Assembly (NCBI RefSeq): GCF_009914755.1
Contig: NC_060934.1
Reading direction: 5' to 3' (one strand)
From: the human T2T-CHM13v2.0 reference genome, Homo sapiens
Length of the DNA stretch: 64,000 nucleotides
Positions 24,844-64,000 of the stretch are shown piece after piece (the stretch's first letter is position 1; the number at the start of each line of letters is the position of its first letter). Position numbers and translations under genes: made by a program. The notes under the pieces were generated by a model. It was not told where the DNA came from, searched no databases, and was given only the letters and a program-made list of their open reading frames with translations.

Positions 24844-25729
24844 TGCTTGAAAAATATTGAAATGTGTAAGGAGAAAAATAAAACATCCTTTATTTATTCT
24901 ATTCAAGGATAACCATTGTTTATATATGTATGTATATATATACACACAGATATATCTCCAGATTTTTTTAATTAGTTAACTTATACAAACAAAATATATC
25001 TTTACAAAACTAGAATCATCCCATCCATATTGTTTTGTTAACTTCTCTTTACACTTAACATATAGATGGATATCATTGCATGTCAAGGAACATAGAACCA
25101 CATGATGATTTTTACTGCCCACATATTATTCTAAGTACAGCAATATCATCATTTATTTCCTGACAACCACCTGTTGTTAGACATCAAGGTTGGTTTTTTT
25201 TAAAAGTTTTTTAATTAAAAAAAAATTTTTTGACCTACTTCAGTAAGCTAGTCTGGAGGCTTTTCTTAATTTTTTATAGTGCTTTAGATAACATTCTTAT
25301 ATATGTAACATTACTTGATTGTTTAGTGCTCAGGAGAAATTCTGAGATGCAAAATTGCTAGGCCAAAAGGAATATCTATTTTTAAGACTTTTGACAATGC
25401 CAAACTGACCTCCAGCAGTATGGACCAATTAATCTGGCCAGCAACATTGAAGAGAATGCCCTTTGTCACACCCTTTCTGGCCCAGGCACTGTCATTCTTA
25501 TTATATATTGGTAATCTGATGAGTGAAAAATGATCATATAAAATGTTGACTTTAGGAAACTCTTTCTATAGGGAAGATCCTCTTTTTTTATTGATGTGTG
25601 TATTACGAATATTACTTCACAATTTATGACTTGTTTGTTTTGTTTTCCAAGATATTTAATGACAAGAAGAAAATTGCTTACAATTCAATAAGGGGAAAAT
25701 AGGTGAAAAATTAGTGTTCAAGCTAACCC

Positions 25730-27139
<1,410 letters not shown>

Positions 27140-27390
27140 TGCTATAGTTTGGATATAGTTGCTTGACACCTCCAAATCTCATGTTGAAACTGGATTTCCA
27201 GGGTCAGAGTTGGGGCTTAATGGAAGGTGTTTGGGTCATGGGGGTCGATCCCTCCCTATGAGGGGGTCGGGGGGAGGCTGGTGAGTTCTCAGTCTATTTG
27301 TTCCCATGAGAGCTGGTTGTTAAAGAGAGTGTGGCACCTCCTTTGGCTCTCTCTGGCTTCCTTTCTCACCATGTGATCTCTGCACATGCT
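27140..27390 (+). mobile_element. Partial MST (MaLR) LTR
   Basis: Starts TGCTATAGTTTGGAT...CTCCAAATCTCATGTTGAAA. Confidence 0.75.
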
Positions 27391-27872
27391 GATGGGGCTT
27401 TGCCTTCCAGCATCAGAGCTCAGAGGAGAAGTGGACAAACTCCCAGCCCCACAGAATTGGGGTCCTGGGTCTCTCATTGACTAGAGTTGCAGTCATGTCA
27501 TTTAACCTTCTGAGTTTCAGTTTTCTCATTTGTAAAATGCAGATGGAAATATTTCCCTATAAAGCTTGCATGGTTGGTTGTGAGAATCAAATGAGAGAAT
27601 GTATGCGAAAGTGTTCGAAGAGATATGTGATTGTTGTTGCTATCGTTATTGGTAACAAGTGCTTCACTCCATCCATTTAGTACAGGGACGCTGGATGTTC
27701 ACAGAGGTGACCCCAGGGAGAGGCAACTGCCACACAGATCAGCAATAAGGGAGGGGAGGGCTCTGGGAGATGCGCAGATGGCCCCCATTCTCAAGCAACT
27801 TATGGTCTAGCTCAGTCATCAGAAGATCACACCTATTTTCATTACAGTCTTAGTGTTATAAATATTTGCTAA

Positions 27873-33388
<5,516 letters not shown>

Positions 33389-33909
33389 TAGTCAGAGAAT
33401 ATACTTTGCATAATTTCAATATTTTAAAATTTATTGAGGCTTTTTTTATAACCCAGCATATATATATATAGTCCATCCTGGTAAGTATCATATATACTTG
33501 AAAATAATCTGTATTCTGTTCTTGTTAGATATAGTGTTCTAGGAAGGTAGTCAATGGTGTTCAGAACTTCTAAGTATTATTTATTTCTTTATAAAGATGG
33601 GATCTTGCTAAGTTGCCCAGGATGGTTTCAAACTGCTGGCCTCAAGCAATCCTCCTGTGTAGCTGGGATTACAGGCATGAGCCACCATGCGTGGTTTTTC
33701 TGTGTATTTTCTATTCTTTACCTAGTTGTTCTGTTAATTGCTGAGAGATATTAAAACCTCTATAATTGTGAAAATGCCTCTCTTCTCTTTAATTATATCG
33801 ATATTTGCTTCATGTGTTTCAAACACCTATTATTAGATATACATATACAAACATATACAAACCATATACAAACATATGGTTATGTCTTCCTGATGAATGG
33901 ACAATTTTA

Positions 33910-36860
<2,951 letters not shown>

Positions 36861-37060
36861 AACAATTTTAATTATAATTAAATGTCCCTCTTCATCTCTG
36901 GAAATATGTTTTTCTTGAAGTCCATTTTATCTGGCCTTAATACAGCCACTCAAACCCTGTTATGCTTACTGTTTGCATGGTACATCTTTTTCCACTTGCT
37001 TTTAGCCTATCTGTGTGTTTCTATACTTAAACTGCATTTCTTCTAGAAAAAAATAGAGTA

Positions 37061-39190
<2,130 letters not shown>

Positions 39191-40000
39191 TGTAAAGTTC
39201 GTATGCTCTATACTCCTGGCAGGAGTTATGAAATTAATATTAATCATTGAAGAATAAACCTTGTTTCTCCTTGGCCTGATCTGCCTCAAAACTATTCAGA
39301 AACTTCCTTATGCACTCACTATTAACACCACCTTTTAGCTTGCAGACACTCTTGGTTAGTCCTGAAACTGCGTATGTTGATATGCCATTGCAAAACCAAG
39401 GGGCTTCTGAATTGAATGTGTGGGCACCAGAAAGGAGAGAAAATCATTTAGCATGCAGGCTTGTTAACACTGTTTAGGTATGCTTTGGGTAGATTCAATT
39501 GGCCTTGTGCTACTGGAAATAAAGAATAAATATATATTTTTGCTAGTTTTTATTGCATTAGATCATGTTGTTTTAACCCAAGAACCTCAGGAAGTGCAGA
39601 GTAAATTGAAACACTCAATCAAATAAAATAAGTATGCTTAAACTGAGTTATAGTTGGTTGTGCCGCAAGTGCTAAAGTTCAAGTTGACATTTCAGCCTGA
39701 GCTCATAAAGTTATTAGTGGGGAACCCATAGCAGGGAGAGGAACAGAGAGTGTATCAGACTTCAACATGTATGTTGTGACTCTTGTTACTTTAGAAGAAA
39801 ATGAACCTCACTATGTAATAACCTAACTCTGTTGTGTTTATTCATTTTCTTTCTTTTTTTATTTTTATGTGTTTATTCATTTTCTTCTAAGTTCAAAGGT
39901 CATTTCTGGGTAGGAGAGCAAATGTCCTTATATTTTTTCCAAATAGACCATTTGCTTGGTGGGCCTCACCCCGGTGGAATGGAAGTACATTGGCAGCAAC

Positions 40001-40128
40001 CACCATCCTTTACTTGGGGCTGCGTTACTATCCAATGAGCACACAGCGAGGGTGGAACTGCAAGCGTCTACACAACACACCTGCGTCAACTACAGCTTTG
40101 CTTTATCTTCGTGCAATTTTTGAAAAAA
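40001..40128 (+). pseudogene. U4atac snRNA (RNU4ATAC) retropseudogene, full length, A-tail to ~40150
   Basis: caccatcctttacttggggctgcgttactatccaatgagc...caacacacctgcgtcaactacagc...gtgcaatttttg follows U4atac including the Sm site; degenerate TSD 39982-40000 / 40151-40169. Confidence 0.9.
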
Positions 40129-40602
40129 AGAAAAAAAGCAAAAACCAAAAGCAGTGCATTAGGGGCAATTCCTCCCCCTGCCTCCTCTCTCCAGTGCTGA
40201 TGGGCTGAGTGTGGGGAAAGGCGGCTCCCTAGTATGGGCGGGCGCCCTGTAGCCTAGTGGCCTCTCATCCCAAGTGCTGGTAGCATCTGAGATTATCTGT
40301 AGGCTGTTTGTCTGTAACCTAGGGAACATGAGCAGGGAGTCCAAAACATTTCAGTTTAGAGTAAGTCATACTGAAATGCTGCCTATAGAACACACCAAAC
40401 ACCAGCAATAGAACTTTATTTGAGGAGCTGCATATTCCAAGGACAGCTATGGTAGCCTTTAGGCACAACTGTGAGCAGGAGAAGTCTGTGTTCAGCATCT
40501 TCCCGTTGTTCTTCTTTTGAGCTCATTCTCCCGTTCATGGTCCCTTCTAGGATACCCGTTCCATGGAATACCAGTAATGGATCTTTACAGCTTACCAAAT
40601 GG

Positions 40603-41833
<1,231 letters not shown>

Positions 41834-42486
41834 TCATCCTGTTCTGGATGACTCTCAACCAGTTTGCTAAAAAATGCATTCTGTCAACTCATTGAGGACT
41901 TTGGGAAAGTTTGGTTCCTGCCCCTGGCCCTGGTGCTCCTGTCCATGCCCTCGTCATGCATCAGGGCGGCGTTTTCCCTACTTCTCCCTACCTCTGCTCG
42001 GCCACTACTGCCCTTCTGGGCTCATCTCTGTCTAACTGCTGCTCAAGACCAACTATCCAACCTTCACATTGTCCAGAGGGCTTGAGGCCACAGCATTTCC
42101 CCTTTCCTCTCTCCTTAGAGTCTGGTCTTAGGGAAATAGGCTTTCGAAGATGGGGTTTTGACTGTAAGACCAGAAAGCCCAATTCTCTCCATCCCTTGTG
42201 GCTTGGGAGACTTCCACTGGTCAGAACTGACACCCTATGCCCCACTCATCTCTCAGCATCACTGATGAGGAATGCAGGAGGACCCTGTGATGGGGGGAGA
42301 ATCTCAGGATGAATGAACATGGTTTTTAATCTCTCATTCAAAAGGCCTATGTTGGCCAGGCATAGAGGCTCACGCCTGTAATCCCAACACTTTGGGAGGC
42401 TGAGGCAGGTGGATCACCTGAGTCAGGAGTTCAAGACCAGCCTGGCCAACATGGTGAAACCCCGTCTCTACTAAAAAACCCCGTCT

Positions 42487-43060
42487 CCCTCTGCCCGGCC
42501 ACCACCCCGTCTTGGAGGTGTACCCAACAGCTCATTGAGAACGGGCCTTGATGACGATGGCGGTTTTGTGGAATAGAAAAGGGGGAAAGGTGGGGAAAAG
42601 TTGGAGAAATCAGATTGTTGCTGTGTCTGTGTAGAAAGAAGTAGACATGGGAGACTTCATTTTGTTCTATACTAAGAAAAATTCTTCTGCCTTTGGATGC
42701 TGTTGATCTATGACCTTACCCCCAACCATGTGCTCTCTGAAACATGTGCTGTGTCTACTCAGGGTTAAATGGATTAAGGGCGGTGCAAGATGTGCTTTGT
42801 TAAACAGATGCTTGAAGGCAGCATGCTCGTTAAGAGTCATCACCACTCCCTAATCTCAAGTACCCAGGGACACAAACACTGCGGAAGGCCGGAAGGCCGC
42901 AGGGTCCTCTGCCTAGGAAAACCAGAGACCTTTGTTCACTTGTTTATCTGCTGCCCTTCCCTCCACTATTGTCCTATGACCCTGCCAAATCCCCCTCTGC
43001 GAGAAACACCCAAGAATGATCAATTAATAAATAAATAAATTAATTAATTAAAAAAAAAAA
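42487..43060 (+). mobile_element. 5'-truncated SVA (end of VNTR + SINE-R + A-rich tail) inserted in an Alu (~42354-43280)
   Basis: ccctctgcccggccaccaccccgtc...aacagctcattgagaacgggcc...gagaaacacccaagaatgatcaat; TSD cccgtctctactaaaaa at 42461-42477 and 43061-43077. Confidence 0.93.
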
Positions 43061-43382
43061 CCCGTCTCTACTAAAAATACCAAAAATTAGCTGGGTGATT
43101 AGCCAGGTGTGGTGGTGGGTGCCTGTAATCCCAGCTACTCAGGAGGCTGAGGCAGCAGAATTGCTTGAACCCAGGAGGCGGAGGTTGCAGTGAGCCAAGA
43201 CTGTGCTACTGCACTCCAGCCTGGGCGACAGAGCAAGACTCCGTCTCCAAAAGAAAAACAAACAAACAAACAAACAAAAACCTATGTCAAGAGTCAATGT
43301 TTCACCATAGGACAAGCATAGTTAAGTCATTGTAAGATGGTCCATTTGTCCTAAAGTAGAAACATTTAAGGTGATAGGTGAT

Positions 43383-43387
<5 letters not shown>

Positions 43388-43413
<26 letters not shown>
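43388..43413. repeat. (GT)n microsatellite
   Basis: Direct observation. Confidence 0.9.
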
Positions 43414-43719
43414 CCATCCTAGTAAACTGGGCTGAATTCCCTTTAACTACACTGGGTCATTCATCATGAAAGACAGCAACAGCATCCTCTCCACAGCTGG
43501 CATTCCCTGAAGGACTGATCAAGAATGAGCCTGACACATCACTTAAGTAACATTATTTAGGAAGTTCCTAATAGTCAATGCAGAAGAGTTACCTACAGAG
43601 GAGAATGAGCTTATTCTGTTTGCAGTCATCACTTTATGTTAACTGTCTGCCAAATACTTCTAAGAATTTGCTGTTCATTATGTTCTGTGTGGACAGAAAG
43701 GAATTAAGAAAGTGATCAG

Positions 43720-46861
<3,142 letters not shown>

Positions 46862-47494
46862 AAAGGATGTTTTGTGAAAAGAATTATTTGCAGAAATTTT
46901 CGGCATTAAAGAAAACACTGGGCCTGTAATCCCAGCACTTTGGGAGACCAAGGTGGGCAGATCACATGAGCTCAGGCATTCAAGACCAGCCCGAGCAACA
47001 TGGTGAAACCCCATCTCTATAAAAATACAAAAAATTAACTGGGCATAGTGGTGGCGCATCTGTAATCACAGCTACTTGGGAGAATTGCTTGAACCCGGGA
47101 GGAGGAGGTTGCAGTGAGCCCAGATCGTGCCACTGCATTCCAGCCTGGGCGACAGAGTGAGCCTCCGTCTCAAAAACGAAACAAAACAAAACAAAACAAA
47201 TGTATTTTCCTTTGCTGATTAAAATGTTATTTTATTTTATTTTTTGTAGTGATGGCATCTCGCTATGTTGCCCAGAGTGGTCTCAAACTCCTAACCTCAA
47301 GCGATCCTCCCACCTCAGCCTCCTAAAGCACTAGGATTATAGGCATGAGCCACCATGCCTTGGCCCCACCTCTTTTATTGTTTTAAAAGATAACCAGTTA
47401 CTATTATTTGTTAGTGCCTTCTAGTCTTCTACTTCTATTCAAATATATTTTATTTTTATGTAATTGGAATAAAAATTGCAAACACTTTTAAAAA

Positions 47495-47622
47495 AGAAGA
47501 AATGCAAATTCTCAGGCCCTACCTCAACCTTACTAAATTGTACACTGTGGAATGGGGCCCATGAATCTGTTTTTCCAAGCACTCCAGATGATTCTAAAGC
47601 ATGCTGAAGTTGGAGAATCACT
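47495..47622. mobile_element. MER5A-like hAT MITE fragment
   Basis: aaatgcaaattctcaggccc...ccagatgattctaaagcatgctgaagttggagaatcactg. Confidence 0.65.
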
Positions 47623-48064
47623 GACCTAGGTCTTTGGAGCCTCTGCAAGAACCAAGAACGAGGACTCCACTTTAACAGCCTTTTCATTATCTATCTTGCA
47701 TAGTGTGAGCAAGCCGCACAAAAGAGGCTTCAACTCCTAGAGCCAGGAGGGACTTGAGAAGCCATTTCTCAGGTCAGTTTGTTTTGTAGCTGAGGACTTT
47801 GCAACCCAAGGGGCTAAGTGAAGTCTGACCCAGAGCCAGGCCAACAGCTGATGTCAAGGCGACTCTCAGCCCAGGGCCCTTCCTGTGTGTCCTCTCCCTG
47901 TCTTGTAGTCAGAGCAAAAGCACCATGCAGTTGTGACCTGAAGGCAGTAGAGCTTGAAGGAGCAAGGTCAGGTGGAGAAGCTGGGTTTAGGTAGACCCAC
48001 TTCGTTCTAGCCCAGAGGGTGGGGCCCCAGGGGAAGTTACAGCTACCTTCCTTGTTCTTGGTCT

Positions 48065-49103
<1,039 letters not shown>

Positions 49104-49652
49104 GCCTGGAAGATAAAATCATCTCCAGGTCCTTAGCGATTGGTGGGTCTCCCATTTATGGTCCTTGAAATGGAACCAGGTATGGACCCCAGGGGCCCTG
49201 GGGTGTCCCTTCCATGGAAGCCATTTCCCTGACTGGTGTGAGGGTCAGGAATTTCCCATAGAGCATTTTTCCATAGGAGAAGGCCAAGCTCTGTGCAGAA
49301 GGACCTTGCAAATAAAATGAAGCATTGGAGAAAGCAGCTACTGACAGCTCCCTAGACAGGTTGCTTCCTGTAACTGAAAGCTGAAATCCAAGAATGACCT
49401 AAAACTCATTCCCAGAATTCCTTACTTTAGGCTCATAGAAACTGAGACAAGTTTGGGAGTGGTAGTTATTTAATCAACTCAAAAACAGCCCATATTTTCA
49501 GCTATAAAGTCTCTCCCCTTCCTCTCCTTCCCTTCTCCTCCCTCTCTTAACAATTTCTTGCCACATCCTGTTCAAGGAGAAACAAACCACTATTTGCCAG
49601 TGATGATCCCTTCATAGCTTCCCAGCCTTTGAGATGGAGGGTGGTGTCCTGA

Positions 49653-55298
<5,646 letters not shown>

Positions 55299-55405
55299 GT
55301 GCTTGCTTTGGCAGCACATATGCTAAAATTGGAAGGATACACAGAAGATTAGCATGGCCCCTGCGCAAGAACGACACGCAAATTCATGAAGCGTTCCATA
55401 TTTTT
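55299..55405 (+). pseudogene. U6 snRNA (RNU6) retropseudogene, full length
   Basis: gtgcttgctttggcagcacatatgctaaaattggaaggatacacagaagattagcatggcccctgcgcaag...gaagcgttccatattttt; ACAGAGA box mutated to ACACAGA; no upstream U6 promoter (flank is an Alu tail). Confidence 0.95.
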
Positions 55406-55635
55406 ATCTGCCAGCCATCACCACCCGATTTTGATTGTATCCTTCCTCCCATCCTTTAATCTGTTCACTGCTTTGTCTGGGGGAGCTGGGGTCGTTGGCT
55501 CAGACGTTGGCGTTTGTTCTTTGATGGATGAACGAACACTCCAGTTTTCTTTCCCGTGGAGGTTGTTTCAGCCACAAACCACTTCATTTTGCTGTTTCAA
55601 TTTCAAAATAAAATGAAACATATTGAAAAAAAAGA
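55406..55635 (+). pseudogene. Retrocopied mRNA 3' end fused to U6 (tentatively EIF4H 3'UTR)
   Basis: 220 nt of non-repeat sequence, AATAAA at 55607-55612, A-tail starting 55626; parent gene only recalled, not verified. Confidence 0.6.
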
Positions 55636-55849
55636 AAGAAAAGAAATCAATCAATCAAACAAACAAACAAAACCCAGTAGTTTTGAAAAACACACCTCAC
55701 TCATACCAAGGCCAGCCCCTAAAGTCCCTGGGTCTGTTCTCTGAACCTCTAGGTCAGGGAAACTGCTGTTCCATATCTCCTGACTCCTTAAAATTCAGTG
55801 ACTCAAAGATCCCATTTTGGTCAGAAGTTGAACAACAATAAAACCTTTT

Positions 55850-56600
55850 CCTATCCTGTCGGCCACATTCACGAACTCCCGGGCTCCCACGCGGTTTATT
55901 TTTAAGACGCTGGTTTAAATTTCTCGAGTTACGGGGGGAAGGGGTTGCGGTGGGAGCGAGACTGAGAACCACAGCGCGAACAGGGGCGCATTGGTACCAG
56001 GATCGGTACAGGGATGTCTCCAGTTCCTATAGACTCTAGCCTCGGGGGGAGTCTGTCCAGACTACAAGTGTCTGTGCCCCTGTTTTATTTTGAGACAAGT
56101 CGGGGTCGCTCAATGAGTCAGCACAGAGGAGGCAGTGGGGGAGACAGACAGCGGCTGGGACGCGCGGGACTGGGGCGCGCCTTGCGCGCTGGGCACCGGA
56201 GCTGCGCACGGGCGGCCCGGGGCGGGGGCCCCAGAGAGCCCGGGAGGGCGTGGACTCGGCCGGGGAGGGGCGGGCTCGGGCGCGTCTGGGTTGGAGCTGG
56301 ATGATGTAAAACAGCGCGGAGCTCCTTGGCGCCTCGGCACCATTACCTTCAATTATCATAATTGGTGCCTCTCTCCAGCGTTTGCATTTCCCCCGAGGGA
56401 TCTCTCACTAGTTCCCGTTCCTTCTCCTCGCCCTCTCTCGCTCACTCGCTCTCGGCTCCCGATCGCTCTCCCAGCCTCGCCCTCCCCTCAGTATCGATCT
56501 TTTTGGATGTTCTCCCTGCCTAAAACGGATGCTAATATCTCTTCGATTGAACCGAAATGGCGCTGCGGCTGCTACTTTTCCATTGTCAATAGAAACTTAG
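55850..56600. promoter_or_regulatory. CpG island with no coding exon (orphan promoter/enhancer)
   Basis: High GC, dense CpG/CGCG, GC-box-like runs, non-Alu. Confidence 0.85.
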
Positions 56601-57816
56601 AGGGACCCGGGGATCAGCATTTATCTTATACTTAAACTAATTTCTCTAAGTACTTTTCTACTTGTAGTCCAAAGAACCGGGAATTAGTAACGATGTGTGG
56701 AACCTGGAGTACATTTTCCCGAAACTTCCCGATCTGTCAATAGGAAGGTTAATCTTCCTGGACACCCCCGTCTCCCTCCTCCCACTCTCTTCGCTGGAGT
56801 CGTGCTGGCTGATGGGAACGAAAAGACTTCAGATCTGAAAAGGCTTTGATTGTACCTTGAGACATCACCTTGACAAAAATATAAAAACATAGGCTCTTCT
56901 CTCTGCACTGTCTGCGTCTTTCAGGGGCTGGACTTCACCTGTCTCCAGAAAAACTGCGGATCTTCAGGTATGACTTGAAGGATTAGGAAAGAGAGAAGTA
57001 CCAGTGCCCCTTCCCATCATTCCTACAGATCTTTGTTAACATTAGGCAGTCACCTAAAAAAAAAAAAAGGCAGGTGGATTAGAAGCATTTTGAGGGCAGG
57101 AGCCGTTTCAGAAATCTCTTGATCACCCCTAAAAAAAAGGACAGCTCATGAGTACAGTTCATGGCAAGTGTATCCATAATTAGTCAGGATTTTCTTGGGA
57201 AATGCTTCCGTTTGAAAGTGAATAAGCAACATCAGACTTCTTCGAAAAATGCCATTGGATAGGAGATGGGTTATCTCAAGGTGTCACGTTGCAGGGTGGA
57301 AGAGTTGTGTTTTCCAGCAGACTAGAGGCACGAGTTATGGTTCCATGAGAGCAGCTAAGTTTCTTGCGTAATGATAAGTTAGGCGACCAATTTGTCTCAG
57401 CTGATTCTTGGACTATCACCAGTCATGGGAGCAAACGTTTGTTGGCAAGATTCCGCGTTTTTAGAGAGATACCACCACCCTGCCCAGGCTGCAGTCTGAC
57501 TTGGCAGTAACATTATTTGCACTTCAAATCTTCAGCTCCAGGGAGGAGAAAATCCTGAAACCACCTGGGAAGTCCTGAAGCCATCATAAATACATTCAGA
57601 TATTACAAATTTTTTCCTTAGACCGATTTCTAAGGAAAATTGGTCACCATTTCTATAGAGATTCACAGTTAACAAAACTTACACGAAGACCTCAAGTTGT
57701 ACTAGTAGCAATCTCTGGAGCAGGCAGGCTACCAAACACTCTTGTTCTCATTTTATGGGCAAGAAAACTGAGTACCAAGGGGCCAACTGATTGGCTCATA
57801 AAAACTCATTGAGTAT

Positions 57817-63319
<5,503 letters not shown>

Positions 63320-64000
63320 GTCTTGTCTGCATAAAACCCTTACAATTGTTAACTTGTCAAGGTTCTAGTAGCCAGGAAGTTCTAATCAAACTCGGCCCCA
63401 GGACTGCCTTGTCAGCACGCCCCTTGAGAAACTTTTCTGAGAAACCTGCTGTTTACCTGGTGCCCTAACCAGTTTAATTTTCTTTTAAAACTTCTACTGG
63501 ATTTCTCCTTCTCTCCTTTTAGATGCAATTTTGATCTAGAGAAGTAATGGTCTGAGCATCAGTTTATGAAATTATTTTATTTTTCTGCACATAAACATTA
63601 TTTTTCAAAGACAATTTCATTAACTACATCCTGCAGCTCTGCAGACTTTCAACAACTTTAAAAGGTTAGGCGTTTGAGATATGTTCGCCTTGACTTTCAG
63701 TCCTCAAGACATATGTACATTTTTCTTAGTCTCAAAGCTCATGTCTGCACTCTAGTCCTAAAGGATTTGTCTTTATAATTCTCACCTTAGCATGAAATGT
63801 GCTTCTCTTTCTTTCCTTCCCCACCCCCCACCCCCTTTTGACATATCCGGTAGGGAAGCTCTGGCAGATTCTCAAGAAGAATTTTGCAAATGGTCGACTT
63901 TTGTTCATCTCAGGTTTTGGAGGGAGAGGATAAAAGAACATTCCCTCAGATAATGAGTTTTAACCTTAATTCCTTCCAAAGCGGAGGGGGAAACAAAACT
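63320..64000 (+). promoter_or_regulatory. Probable upstream/promoter flank of the next gene (BAMBI by recalled synteny)
   Basis: Repeat-free sequence, CACCC boxes at ~63818-63836; gene itself not in the window. Confidence 0.3.

Noticed and set aside
42790-43038. 82-aa ORF
   Set aside because: Inside the SVA SINE-R (HERV-K LTR-derived) non-coding sequence
55299-55405. Functional U6 gene
   Set aside because: ACAGAGA box altered, several substitutions, no PSE/TATA upstream
56014-56635. Overlapping Gly/Arg/Pro-rich ORFs up to 166 aa
   Set aside because: Expected from stop-codon scarcity in a GC-rich island; no recognisable domain
56715-56735. STAT-like TTCCCGAA motif
   Set aside because: Spacing is TTC-N2-GAA, not the canonical N3 GAS element

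Overview
Human (primate) genomic DNA, very Alu-rich. Bases 1-~9.65 kb hold the last four coding exons and the long 3'UTR of WAC on the + strand. The spliced exons give ...[18 protein letters not shown]...[27 protein letters not shown], the C-terminal coiled coil. The remaining ~54 kb is intergenic; from recalled synteny (10p12) BAMBI should start just beyond the right edge, but no BAMBI exon is visible. This stretch contains more than 50 Alus, old L1/L2/MIR pieces, MST and LTR8-family LTRs, a 5'-truncated SVA inside an Alu, a TPRKB processed pseudogene, three snRNA retrocopies (U4atac, U6, a 5' fragment of U2) and an orphan CpG island at ~55.85-56.6 kb. A MARNA mariner fossil and a human-lineage AluYd8 lie in WAC introns. 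Nearly all ORFs in the supplied track are Alu/L1 artefacts. I found no evidence of a wholly new biological system. The most interesting items are: a U6 snRNA retrocopy fused to what looks like a polyadenylated mRNA 3' end (a chimeric retrogene); a NAGNAG acceptor in WAC; an AluYd8 next to a WAC exon; inverted templated-insertion scars in an Alu; repeated reuse of the same insertion site; and the motif-rich CpG island. Repeat boundaries and subfamily calls were made by eye and are approximate.
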